Source: an uncultured Acidimicrobiales bacterium
Lineage (GTDB): Bacteria > Actinomycetota > Acidimicrobiia > Acidimicrobiales > UBA8190
Assembly: GCA_963846125.1 (NCBI GenBank)
Contig: CAWJUR010000001.1
Location: 182,835 to 246,834, forward strand
Reading direction: 5' to 3'
Length of the DNA stretch: 64,000 nt
Shown piece after piece: positions 11,780 through 24,142 of this stretch (the first letter of the stretch is position 1; each line of letters starts with the position of its first letter). The notes beneath the pieces are model-generated. The model worked only from the letters and a program-made list of their open reading frames with translations, did no database searches and was not told the DNA's origin. Made by a program: the position numbers and the translations under genes.

Positions 11780-12541
11780 TCAACCGCTGGTGCTGAGCAC
11801 GACGCCGGCAAGCAGGTCGGCGACCAGATCGGGACGGCTCAGGAACGGGGAATGTCCGGTCGGCCATTCCACCGAGGTGGTCGCCCGCTGCGCCAGGATG
11901 CGCTGCAGGGCAGGGTGCACGATGTTGTCGACGGCGCAGATCGCATAGGTCGAGGGTCGGTCACGCCAGGCGACGGCACGCGGCGCTTGTGACAAGGTTT
12001 CCATGGGGTGGGGCCCGAGCCGCGACAGCGCCCAATCGGCGGTCGCATCCGAACAGTCGTTGTAGAAGAGGATGCGGGCGCCTTCGTCGTCGACCGTACT
12101 GGTCCCGTCGTCGGCGACGTGGATACAGCCGAGCACGTCGGGACGATCCGAATGGTCGATTGCAGCCGCCTCGGATTCCATCACGGCGGCGCTCATCGCT
12201 GACTCTCCCTCACCGACGTTGAACGACGCGATGTAGACGAGATGTGACACCTGGGGGTGCACTCCGGCCTCGGTGATGACCACGCCGCCATAGGAGTGCC
12301 CGACGAGGACGATGGGCCCTCGGCAGGTGTCCAGGGCCTGTCGAACCCGGTCGGCATCCCCGTGAAGATCGACCAGGGCGCCGGGGTCGTCGCCGTGCCC
12401 GGGGAGGTCGATGGCCACAGCTTCGATGTCACGCTCGCTGAGTGCGGACATGACCGGGCCCCAGCACCATGCGCCGTGCCAGGCGCCATGGACGAGGACG
12501 ACGGAGGCCGGCAGGGAGGCCACGGCTCGGGCGTCAGTCAC
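11780..12541 (-). CDS. Alpha/beta hydrolase (esterase-like)
   Basis: VVLVHGAWHGAWCW, the nucleophile elbow GHSYGG, and a C-terminal GHSPFLSRP histidine motif. Confidence 0.85.
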   Translation of the reverse strand: MTDARAVASLPASVVLVHGAWHGAWCWGPVMSALSERDIEAVAIDLPGHGDDPGALVDLHGDADRVRQALDTCRGPIVLVGHSYGGVVITEAGVHPQVSHLVYIASFNVGEGESAMSAAVMESEAAAIDHSDRPDVLGCIHVADDGTSTVDDEGARILFYNDCSDATADWALSRLGPHPMETLSQAPRAVAWRDRPSTYAICAVDNIVHPALQRILAQRATTSVEWPTGHSPFLSRPDLVADLLAGVVLSTSG

Positions 12542-13568
12542 CCTGACAGTCGCGGACGGCCTTGTGGTCGAGCTTGGTCAACTCCACGATTCCCGATTTC
12601 GAAGGATGAATGCCGTCGGAGGCCATCCACTGCGGCTTACGGAACTCGATGTCCCCCCAGTCGAGGGAGTGGAAGTTGGCGTGCGTGGCGACGGCGTCTT
12701 CGATGGCTCCATTGATCCCCGTCGCCACAGGGCCGAAGCGGGGGTTGACAGTCACGAACACGACACATCGCTGCGCCTGGAGGGCGGCAACTTCGTTGTT
12801 GAAGTCCGCAGCCCAATTGGCGTTCGGCGGCGTGAGGAATGCGTCGTTCGTGCCGAGCTCGATGACCCAGTCCCGAGGTTGCCCGTCGCTCGCGATCTGC
12901 TCGATCTTCTGCAGGTGTTCGGCCATGGTCGTGCTCGGCTTCGCATCGAAGATGAGCTTGTACCCGTGCAGGACATGGGCCAGATCGGACGCGACCAGCA
13001 CCGTGATCGAGTCACCGACGAAGGCCACGTTGCGGTCGGGATTGGGAGGCTCGGGGGTGCTCACGGGCGGGGACGCCGTGCCCGGGCCCGTGACGGCGGT
13101 GGTCGGGGAACCGCCAGCACCGCCAGGACTCGTACTCACCGACGACGACGTCGTTGTCGTGTCGAACGGCGAGGTAGTGATCTCCGATGGCAGCGTCGGG
13201 AAATCCGCGTCTGACGGCAGAGAGGGTGGCACCGTCGCGGCCGTCGTCGAGACGGGAGCGTTCCCCCATTTGTACAGACTGATACCCAACAGGGTTGCCG
13301 CCACGAGCAAGGCGGCGACGACGACTGATCCGATCAGTTCGGACCGCCGCGCGAACCTCTTGCGGAGGCCCGACGGCGGAATCTGGGCCGTTGCCGGTGT
13401 CGTCGGGGGCGCCGGCGGGACGGAGAAGGGAGTGATGGCGTCGGAGAGCTCGGCCCAGGCGACGCCGTTCCAGAAGCGCCGCTGCCCCGTCTTGCGGTCC
13501 CGGTACCAACCGGCTTTGCGGTTGACCGGATCGGCGGTCGGTCCCCCTGTGGCCCCCCCGTCAGTCAT
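12534..13568 (-). CDS. Membrane-anchored SGNH/GDSL hydrolase with an N-terminal DUF2510 module
   Basis: The order is GWYRDRKTGQRRFWNGVAWAE (DUF2510), a TM helix (LIGSVVVAALLVAATLLGISL), an S/T/P-rich linker, then the SGNH blocks FVGDSIT, ELGTND and SDGIHPS. The ATG at 13568 has AGGGGA 9 nt upstream. The ORF track extends to 13607. Confidence 0.8.
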   Translation of the reverse strand: MTDGGATGGPTADPVNRKAGWYRDRKTGQRRFWNGVAWAELSDAITPFSVPPAPPTTPATAQIPPSGLRKRFARRSELIGSVVVAALLVAATLLGISLYKWGNAPVSTTAATVPPSLPSDADFPTLPSEITTSPFDTTTTSSSVSTSPGGAGGSPTTAVTGPGTASPPVSTPEPPNPDRNVAFVGDSITVLVASDLAHVLHGYKLIFDAKPSTTMAEHLQKIEQIASDGQPRDWVIELGTNDAFLTPPNANWAADFNNEVAALQAQRCVVFVTVNPRFGPVATGINGAIEDAVATHANFHSLDWGDIEFRKPQWMASDGIHPSKSGIVELTKLDHKAVRDCQGD

Positions 13569-13992
13569 CGAGATGATTCCCCTGGGCGCCGCTAGCCCCA
13601 TGTGCAACAGCCCCGGGCGCGGCCTTGGGACAGGCAGCAGATTTCAGGAACAAGGCGACCAAAGAAGGCGGCCATCCCCGCCCGACACCTCGTCTTGGAG
13701 TCCCCAAAGGGTCGGGACGCCAGTCATCTGGGACCATCGTGCCCCCACCGAATTGAAGGGCTGCAACACCAGAGAGCAACCCGACTTCAAAAGCAATGTA
13801 CTCACATTTTCTAGGGGCCGAAAGCGATCCCGGCGAACCCGCTACCGCGCATCACGACACCGCAACGACCCAGGACCAGCCTTTTCCCGACACGGGCGCG
13901 ATGTCCAGCCGACGAATCCCGCCCTCGGCGATTGATCGTCAACCTCCCGGGCACTTGGCCCGTGAGAGAGAGATGCGGTGGACGGCTGATCA

Positions 13993-14940
13993 GTGAGCGC
14001 GTCAATCCCCTCGGCTTCCCCACGGTGGATGGTGCGACCGCGACCTCTGATGGTCGCCACCGTCGTCGTGGTCGTCTTTGCCGCCGTGATCACGATGGTG
14101 GCCATCGTCTCGGGCCCGAGGGCCGGTGCGCGACGATCGGAGGGCGCTTTCGTCGCTCTTCCCACCACGCATGCGACTCGCAGCCGATCGGCCTCGACTC
14201 CCACCCGGCAGGAAAGGGGTCCGGCTCCGCTCCTGCCCACGACGGCCACGCCCCTGCGCGTGCTCGAGATCGGTGACTCACTCGGGATCGACCTCGGCTA
14301 CCAGCTCCAGTCCCAACTCGACGCCAACGGCATGGCCCGCACCACGGTCGCTTCTGTCGGTGACTCCGGTCTGTCGAACGTCACCTACCTCGATTGGCCG
14401 GCGCACCTCATCGGCCTGTTGGCCACCGACCGTCCCCAGATCGTCGTGGTCTTCATCGGGGCCAACGACGACCAGGGGTTGACGGTCAACGGAATCGCCG
14501 CCGCCCCGGGCACCCCGACCTGGGTCGAAGGTTATGCCGGGCGGGTCGACGAGGTCTTGCGGGAGGCCACAAGCGCAGGAGCGCGGGTGGCGTGGATCGG
14601 GATGCCTCCGATGGCGAACCCCATGCTCGACGGGGCCATGCAACGTCAGAACGCGATCTACGAACGCGAGAGTGCGAGCTTCTCAGCGACGCTCTACGTC
14701 TCGTCGACCTCGGTGTTCAACGCGGCCGGCGTCTATGGCACCGACGGCGACGACCTCTCAGGTCGACAGGTCGCGCTCCGCACGCCCGACGGCGTACACC
14801 TGACACCGGCCGGAGCCGCCGTGCTGGCGCGCACCGTGATCGATGCCTTCACGCAGCATTGGCATCTGTCGCTCGCCGCCCCCACATCGTCTACCACCGC
14901 CTTCTCGGCCGGCTCCGGTCTTCCTCTCCAGGGGTGGTGA
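13993..14940 (+). CDS. Membrane-anchored SGNH hydrolase (DUF459/GDSL-like)
   Basis: An N-terminal TM helix is followed by LEIGDSLG, FIGANDDQG and TPDGVHLTPAG blocks. Confidence 0.8.
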   Translation: MSASIPSASPRWMVRPRPLMVATVVVVVFAAVITMVAIVSGPRAGARRSEGAFVALPTTHATRSRSASTPTRQERGPAPLLPTTATPLRVLEIGDSLGIDLGYQLQSQLDANGMARTTVASVGDSGLSNVTYLDWPAHLIGLLATDRPQIVVVFIGANDDQGLTVNGIAAAPGTPTWVEGYAGRVDEVLREATSAGARVAWIGMPPMANPMLDGAMQRQNAIYERESASFSATLYVSSTSVFNAAGVYGTDGDDLSGRQVALRTPDGVHLTPAGAAVLARTVIDAFTQHWHLSLAAPTSSTTAFSAGSGLPLQGW

Positions 14941-14944
14941 CTGC

Positions 14945-15361
14945 TCACGTTTGCGTGTGTTCGGTCCATCGACCTCCGTCCCACCACCGCAAGGGGTACT
15001 CACGACCGGGGTCCGGATACCAACCCGGTGGGGCCGGGCCCGGAGCAGGGCCGGGCACCCAGCCCGAGACAGTCATCTGTCCTGGTCCGTATTGGCCGGC
15101 GACGGCGGCCGCCTCGACGGCGATGAGCCTCTTACGAATATTGAACCAATAGATCAGCGCGGGAATGGCCAAGATGTTGACCAGGATGACCAAAAGCAGC
15201 CACAGGATCTTCTCTTGTCCGGCCAGCTTCCACTGCCAATCCGGTCGCTTGACGATGTCCACGATGGCAACGATGAACATCACCAAGGAACCAATGCCCA
15301 GCACAAACCAGACGATGAACAACAGGACCAGGGCACCCCCGAATGCCCCGGAGCTGCTCAC
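14945..15361 (-). CDS. Membrane protein with a PLDc_N (cardiolipin synthase N-terminal-like) domain and a C-terminal DUF2510 module
   Basis: Two TM helices flank DIVKRPDWQWKLAGQEKILWLLLVILVN. The C-terminal module is PPGWYPDPGREYPLRWWDGGRWTEH. The GTG start lies inside a tandem repeat. Confidence 0.75.
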   Translation of the reverse strand: MSSSGAFGGALVLLFIVWFVLGIGSLVMFIVAIVDIVKRPDWQWKLAGQEKILWLLLVILVNILAIPALIYWFNIRKRLIAVEAAAVAGQYGPGQMTVSGWVPGPAPGPAPPGWYPDPGREYPLRWWDGGRWTEHTQT

Positions 15362-15387
15362 GGTCTGCTCACGGTCTGCTCACGGTC
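15355..15387. repeat. Three perfect tandem copies of an 11-bp unit (TGCTCACGGTC), overlapping the GTG start of the PLDc_N gene
   Basis: Read directly: 15355..15365, 15366..15376 and 15377..15387, followed by a partial TGC. Confidence 0.95.
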
Positions 15388-15432
15388 TGCACCATGGGCC
15401 AATGCTAGGCAACGCGAATCGCCACGGGTGCT

Positions 15433-16389
15433 TCAGGAAACAGTGATCGAGAGTGCCTTCGTCGTGACATCTTGGGTGCGGGGCTTGGTGGTCGTCTTCT
15501 TGTCCAGAACCTCCACCGTGAAGGTGAAGGTCCCGGCATCACGGTGGTTGGGCATTCCCATGATGACGCCGGCGCGTCGGTTGAGCTTGAGTCCCTGAGG
15601 GAGCTTGGCCGAACCCGGCGCCAGCTTCCAGATGTACGGGGGGTTGCCACCCACGGCCGTCATGGTTGCCGAATACTCCTGCCCGACCGTGGCGTCGTGT
15701 AGGCCGGTCGTGGTGATGATCAACGGAGTCGTGGCCACGGCAATCACGGGAGCGATGGGCGGGGTGTACGGGGCCGATCGCACGATGCCGGTCGGCTCGC
15801 TGTGATTGCGGTGGGCCGTGCAGTTCAAGACGAGCGCACTGCCAGACACCTCCAGAGTCAAGCGAGTCCGCTTGTCCTGGGTGAGCGTGATGTTCTCGCC
15901 TGATGCCGTGAAGGGCCCGACGGTTGCAGACGAGGTCGGCACGTGGATCACGATCCCTTGGTCGGGAACCGGCGAGGGGATGGGAACGTCGAAGGACCCC
16001 GTGGACTGCGGCGCTGCCGACGGTGACGCCCCCGTGGCGTGGACCTGGGTGATCGACGTCCCACTCATGTCGGTATCGCCCAAGGCGGCGGCCGCGCCAA
16101 CCAGTGACGAGGGAAGAACCAGGGTGGTCTGGTAGTCGGTCAACTGGAAGGTCCCACCCGCTCCTGGGTCGGGGGGTGTCATCGTCCCCGATGTGACCAC
16201 GTCGTTGAACACGAAGTTCCCGACGGGGGTATGGGGGCAGTAGAGCTCGTACGGCGTGCTGTCGGCGTAGGCAGGAGATCCCAGGCCTGGAGCCGACACG
16301 ATGGCCAGCATCGAAAGGCCCAGAGCGAGGACACTCACCGTACGCCGGAGACGGAACGCCCGTTGAGCGCCTCGCGCCTTGGACCTCAT
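15433..16389 (-). CDS. Secreted protein: signal peptide, a 165-aa two-cysteine module shared with the 31239 gene, and a C-terminal He_PIG-type putative Ig domain
   Basis: Signal peptide MRSKARGAQRAFRLRRTVSVLALGLSMLAIVSAPGLGSPAYA. The module runs STPYELYCPHTPVGN...LVLNCTAHRNHSEPTGI. The C-terminal GQEYSATMTAVGGNPPYIWKLAPGSAKLPQGLKLNRRAGVIMGMP resembles PF05345. The start is ATG 16389. Confidence 0.8.
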   Translation of the reverse strand: MRSKARGAQRAFRLRRTVSVLALGLSMLAIVSAPGLGSPAYADSTPYELYCPHTPVGNFVFNDVVTSGTMTPPDPGAGGTFQLTDYQTTLVLPSSLVGAAAALGDTDMSGTSITQVHATGASPSAAPQSTGSFDVPIPSPVPDQGIVIHVPTSSATVGPFTASGENITLTQDKRTRLTLEVSGSALVLNCTAHRNHSEPTGIVRSAPYTPPIAPVIAVATTPLIITTTGLHDATVGQEYSATMTAVGGNPPYIWKLAPGSAKLPQGLKLNRRAGVIMGMPNHRDAGTFTFTVEVLDKKTTTKPRTQDVTTKALSITVS

Positions 16390-16764
16390 CGTCCGATGCA
16401 CCCCAACCCCCTCGTCGAGGCACCCGCCGCCCCGGCGCGTCTCAAGGCTAAGGGAGCTCTGATCCGGTGTCCACCGGATCAAACGCCATGTCGGGACCGA
16501 CCGCTCTACGCGTGCATCCTCGTCATTCCCGGAAGCGTCTTGGCCACCCCCGGCGAATTATCGAGGATTGTCACCAGAGTCATGATGTCGCCAATCCCCA
16601 CACAGTCCGTGGCCTCTCAGGCTGGACGATGCCACCAAGACTCACAGAACGTGGCCGGCTATTCCTCGTACACAGCGGGTGGTTGACTCCTACGCTCTAA
16701 AGCTGGCGATCAGCGAGTCCGATCTATGCGGGGGGACTCGTACGACCAACCCGGGGGTTGCGCC

Positions 16765-17337
16765 ATGGCCCTGCTGCGTGGCAGGAAGCTGAAGCAAGGA
16801 ATCGACGGGTCCAGGATGCCCCTGGACTGGCGGCAACGCGCCATGATCGTCGGCGTTCCGAAGAGCGCAAGGATCCTCCTGGAGCAACTCGAAACCCGCG
16901 CTACCTCAGAGCCGGGGTTCGTGGAGCACGTGGCCGAGATCGTCAGAGAGCTGGAAGACGATCCCGCCATGGTGACCTTCGGGCTGTTCCACACGCCGGA
17001 GCACACGATGACGGGCGTGGTCATCGTGGTCGGGAAGGTTGGTCTCGTACTTCTCGATGCCAAAGACAGACATCCTTTTGCGGAGTTCCGGTGGCAGACA
17101 CTGTGTCGCTTCGATCTGAAGCATGATCGCAACTACCAGATCGTCGGCCTCGCCTGGTACGAGGGGGAGCAAGACATCACGGAGCGAATCGCGGAAGAAA
17201 AGCCACTCGAGCTGTCAGAGATGCGCTTCGCCTACATGTACATGCACGCCGACGACGAGCTCCTCAACTTTGTCCAAGAAGCGTTTGACGGGGCGGCGAT
17301 ACCAGAAGCACTGCATCGCAGACCACCGTTGCTCTGA
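16765..17337 (+). CDS. Hypothetical protein
   Basis: ORF 16726..17337. The start is uncertain (ATG 16726 or ATG 16765). I recognise no family. Confidence 0.55.
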   Translation: MALLRGRKLKQGIDGSRMPLDWRQRAMIVGVPKSARILLEQLETRATSEPGFVEHVAEIVRELEDDPAMVTFGLFHTPEHTMTGVVIVVGKVGLVLLDAKDRHPFAEFRWQTLCRFDLKHDRNYQIVGLAWYEGEQDITERIAEEKPLELSEMRFAYMYMHADDELLNFVQEAFDGAAIPEALHRRPPLL

Positions 17338-17376
17338 CAAGGTCGCCCGCCGGGCCGCCGGGCCGCCGGTCAAGGC

Positions 17377-17697
17377 CTAGAGCCTTCGGCATTTGATCGC
17401 CGTGCCATAGGCGCAGATCTCGGTCCAGTTTCCGCCCATCTCCGACGTGTCGAACCGCATGGCTAAGATCGCGTCGGCGCCCTTCGCCTCGGCTTCCTGC
17501 ACCATGCGTTCAGTGACCTCAGTGCGACTGGCGATGAGGTTCTTGGTCATTCCCTTGAGCTCGCCACCGGCTAGCGACTTGAAGGACGCTCCGATCTGCG
17601 AGCCGACGTTTCTACTTCGCACCGTCAGACCGAATACCTCGCCGAGGACTTCAGTCACTTCGTAGCCGGGCAGGTCGTTCATGGTGGAGATCAGCAC
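17377..17697 (-). CDS. YbjQ/UPF0145 (DUF74) family protein
   Basis: TMNDLPGYEVTEVLGEVFGLTVRSRNVGSQIGASFKSLAGGELKGMT...AILAMRFDTSEMGGNWTEICAYGTA is the family signature. Confidence 0.9.
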   Translation of the reverse strand: MLISTMNDLPGYEVTEVLGEVFGLTVRSRNVGSQIGASFKSLAGGELKGMTKNLIASRTEVTERMVQEAEAKGADAILAMRFDTSEMGGNWTEICAYGTAIKCRRL

Positions 17698-17745
17698 TTC
17701 AGCCTCCGTTCGTCGCTGCGACGAAGAGTCAGGCTAGTCACCGGG

Positions 17746-19441
17746 TCACAATTCCCAAGCGCGGCTGCGACCGCTGGTCTCGAAGGCCTTGCGCAAGGCT
17801 TCTTCATCATCTGAGGTGAATACCCGATAGACGTCGTGTTGTCGGGTGCGCACATACACCGGATCATCGCCTACAAGGTCGGAGCGAAACCTCTCTTGGA
17901 CGAGGGTGCGAGTGAGAACTTTGTTGGTCGGTGTGGTGGGAAGTGCTTTGCACTGGCGCACGAAGCGCGGCCACCACTTTGGGCTGAGATCGGATTGTTC
18001 GACCAGCCAGGCCGCGAACGATCTGCCGTCGAAGGTGGCGCCCTCTCGAAGCACCAGCGCCACCATCACCTGATCGCCGGCTTCGGCGTCAGGCACGCCG
18101 TAGACCGACGCCATCATCACATCGGGGTGACGCGCCACGATGGCCTCGATCGGCGCAGCCGGAAAATTCTCTCCATCCACACGGAGCCAGTCAGATGTCC
18201 GGCCGGCGAAGAACACCCATCCGTCTTCGTCCACGTAGGCGAGGTCACCGCTCCAGTACCAGCCGTTGCGGGTGGTGCGACGCATCGCTTCTTCGTTTCG
18301 GTAGTAGCCCTCGAACGGTCCTACTCCGAGGGTGTTGACGATCTCGCCGACACACTTCTCGGCGTTGACCAGCCGTCCTTCACCGTCGAAGCGCGCTCTC
18401 GGGACCTCGACACCATCGGAGTCAACGACGAGGATCCCTTGGCGCAGACGTCCGACCGAACCACGCGGCGGACCGCCAGAGCGGTCCAAAGCGATGGCGC
18501 CCTCCGTCGATCCGAAGACGTCGACGATGGTGATGCCGAAACGCTGTGGCGGCGGCCTCCACGACATGCGGCGAGCCCTCGTTGCCGAAGGCGATTCTCA
18601 AGGTGTTGTCGGCATCGTCGTCCCGCTCGGGCGTGGCCAACAGGTAGGCAAGCAGCTTGCCGGTGTAGTTGAACCAGGTTGCGCCGTAGCGCCGCACATC
18701 GGGGAGAAACCGCGAGGCACTGAAGCGCCGGGCCAGGGAGAGAGATGCGCCTGCCACCAGGGCGGGAGCCAGACCCGACATCAACGAATTGGCATGAAAC
18801 AGGGGCATGGCCGCGTAGCCGACGTCGTCAGGGCCGACGCCGAGCATGGTGGCCATCCGCTGGCCCGTCGTGAGAAGCCTGCGCTGGGTGCATCGCACTG
18901 CCTTGGGCGCGGCTGAGGTCCCGGACGTGAACAGCAGTGCCCACAATGCTTCGGGTTCGCACTCGACGTCAGGCCGACCTTCGAAACCGTCGCTGGCCCG
19001 GTCGCCGCTCGAGTTCGCCTCGAGTGCTCGGTCGAGCGACTCTCCCATCGACCGAGGTGGATCGTCGACATCGGCAAACCGCTCGGAGACGAAGATGCCG
19101 CCCGGCAGGTCTAATCCCTCAAGGGCGGGTCGGAGCAACGCTTGATGGCGAGGCTCGGTGATCAGGAGCTGCACATCGGTGTGGGTGATGTCGCGCGCCA
19201 GGTGCTCGTCGCGCCGGGTGTGGTTCAGCCCGACCACCACTGCCCCGACAAGCCCCGCGCCGCACAGCGCGAAGACATAGTCCGGAGTGTTGTCCAGGAG
19301 CATGGCGACATGGGGAGGTCGATCGGGGTCGAGCCGCGCGCGATACAACGCGGCGAATCGTTCGGCCTCGAGGAGGAGCTCTGCATGGGTCCAGATCTGG
19401 TCGCCAAAGTGAAGTGCCGGCCGGGTGGAGTATTCCCGCAT
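17746..19441 (-). CDS. Acyl-CoA synthetase (AMP-dependent synthetase/ligase, FadD-like), one frame break near 18548
   Basis: The N-terminal half is ORF 18422..19441 (LLFTSGTSAAPKAV AMP-binding motif). The C-terminal half is ORF 17746..18567 (FGSTEG, WYWSGDLAYVDEDGWVFFAGRTSDWLRVDGENF). The junction reads ..GSPHVVEAAA / QRFGITIVDVFGSTEG. Confidence 0.88.
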
Positions 19442-19586
19442 CGAGACCGTTGCGTCTCAGAAGGGCGGCGACGTTCCGAGCGGGGAGGGGCACCTCGCTA
19501 GGGAGGGGCGAGTGGTCGGCACGTCAGCGGATCCCGAGCCAGCGGTCTCGCACCACCTCCAGTCGCCGCTGCTGCGGGCCTGCGGA

Positions 19587-22355
<2,769 letters not shown>

Positions 22356-22419
22356 AACGCGTCGCGCGTCCACCGAGGCGCAGCGCACTCGGGTCCAGGG
22401 CGGAACTCTCGGAGAGGTC

Positions 22420-23623
22420 ATGGCCAGCGAACAGTCATCTTCCGCAGGACACGAGGGACCCTCGCGTGACCGACGGCCAGCAGGGCCACTGGCCGGGCTC
22501 CGCGTCATCGAACTGGCCGGACTCGGGCCCGGGCCGTTCTGCGCCATGGTGCTCGCCGACCTGGGGGCCGAGGTCATCCGAGTGGAACGAGTCGGGATGC
22601 CCAAGGCCGATCCGGGCTCAGTGGATCGTCGCCAGGTCCTCACGAGAGGACGGCCCGGCGATAGGAGTCGACCTCAAGCACGACGAGGGAATCGAGCTGG
22701 TCCTCCGGATGGTCGAACATGCCGACGTTCTGCTGGAGGGCTTCCGACCCGGTGTCCTCGAGAGGATCGGGCTCGGTCCCGACGTTTGCCTCGACCGCAA
22801 TCCCCGCCTGATCTACGGACGGATCACGGGATACGGACGAGAGGGACCGCTCGCCGCTGAGGCCGGCCACGACATCAACTACATCTCCATCGCCGGTGCC
22901 CTGGCCCCCATCGGACGCCGAGGGGAAGCCCCTCTCCCCCCGCTGAACCTGATCGCCGACTTCGGCGGTGGCGGGATGCTCCTCGCCATGGGAATTCTCG
23001 CTGCCATCTTCGAACGGACCCGATCCGATCGTGGCCAGGTCGTCGATGCAGCCATGGTGGACGGCGCCGCCCTGCTCACCACGATGTTCCACGAGATCCG
23101 GGCGTTGTCACTCTGGCACGACGAGCGGGGCACCAATTCCATGGACACCGGTGCCCACTATTACAACGTGTACGAGACATCTGACGGAGCGTTTGTGTCG
23201 GTCGGGGCCATGGAGCCCCAGTTCTACCGCTCATTCATGACGGGACTCGGCTTCGCCGACGAGGACATCCCTCCGAAGGACGACCAATCCCAATGGGAGT
23301 CCCTCAAGCAGCGCGTCGCCGAGATCTTCCGCACCCGGACTCGAGACGAGTGGTTGCAGACGTTCGACGGCACCGACGCGTGCGTGACGCCGGTGTTGTC
23401 ACTCGGCGAAGCCCCCGACCATCCCCAAAACCGCCAGCGTGCGACGTTCGTCGACGTCGGGGGGATCGTAGAACCGGCGCCGGCGCCACGATTCAGCCGC
23501 ACCCCGCCCCCGACTCCTTCGCCGTCGCCCGGCCCGGGCATCCATGCCACCGAAGCCCTCCTTGGCTGGGGGCTCACGCCAGACCAGATCGACCACCTTG
23601 TCGACGATGGGGTCATCGACTGA
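22420..23623 (+). CDS. Family III CoA-transferase (CaiB/BaiF; alpha-methylacyl-CoA racemase-like), one frame break near 22655
   Basis: The N-terminus [36 protein letters not shown] is in ORF 22420. The rest ([42 protein letters not shown]...GHDINYIS...DFGGGG) is in ORF 22466. There is an extra G in CGGCCCGGCG. Confidence 0.88.
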
Positions 23624-23669
23624 TCGGACACGGCGTCGCAGGTCGCACGTCGCACATCGCAAGAAGCAA

Positions 23670-24140
23670 ATGGGGAGCAAATCGGTGAACGACACGGTGC
23701 TCACAAGAAGGATCGTGGCCACGACGCTGGCCGTGGCTGTATTGGGTGCGGCGTGTGCACTCTTTGTGAGCGATCAACGAGGGCGTTCCGAGGTCCGCCG
23801 GACCTCCAGCGCCTTGGCGGCGGCCGAGAATCACCAGGAAGGCCACCAGGCGCACCTCCAGAGCACACAAGCGCAGGTACAAGGGAGTGTGTCCGAGGCG
23901 CAGGCACTGCAAAAGTCCACGGCGCGGACCCAAACATCGCTCACCACCACCAATGCCTCGATCTCGTCGACGGAAAGCGGCCTTGAGTTCGGGGGATTCG
24001 ACATCTCCGAGCTCAACACCTGTCTCGGCGGCGTGACCCAGGCACTCGACCAGGTCGCGGTCGGGCAGACGAAGGGCGCGCTTTCGTCACTAGGAGCTGC
24101 CTCGGCGAGCTGCGAAGCAGCCAAGCCAGGCGGAGGATAG
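23670..24140 (+). CDS. Membrane-anchored coiled-coil protein (hypothetical), paralogous to the N-terminus of the next gene
   Basis: A TM helix (IVATTLAVAVLGAACALFV) is followed by a Q/S/T-rich coiled coil and a Cys pair (ELNTCLGG...ASASCEAA). The start is taken at ATG 23670 within ORF 23544..24140. Confidence 0.6.
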   Translation: MGSKSVNDTVLTRRIVATTLAVAVLGAACALFVSDQRGRSEVRRTSSALAAAENHQEGHQAHLQSTQAQVQGSVSEAQALQKSTARTQTSLTTTNASISSTESGLEFGGFDISELNTCLGGVTQALDQVAVGQTKGALSSLGAASASCEAAKPGGG

Positions 24141-24142
24141 TC

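Noticed and set aside
17337-17377. The GC-rich CCGGGCCGCCGGGCCGCCGG stretch between convergent genes as an intrinsic terminator.
   Set aside because: The sequence is a direct repeat rather than an inverted one, and no stable hairpin or U-tract could be drawn by hand.
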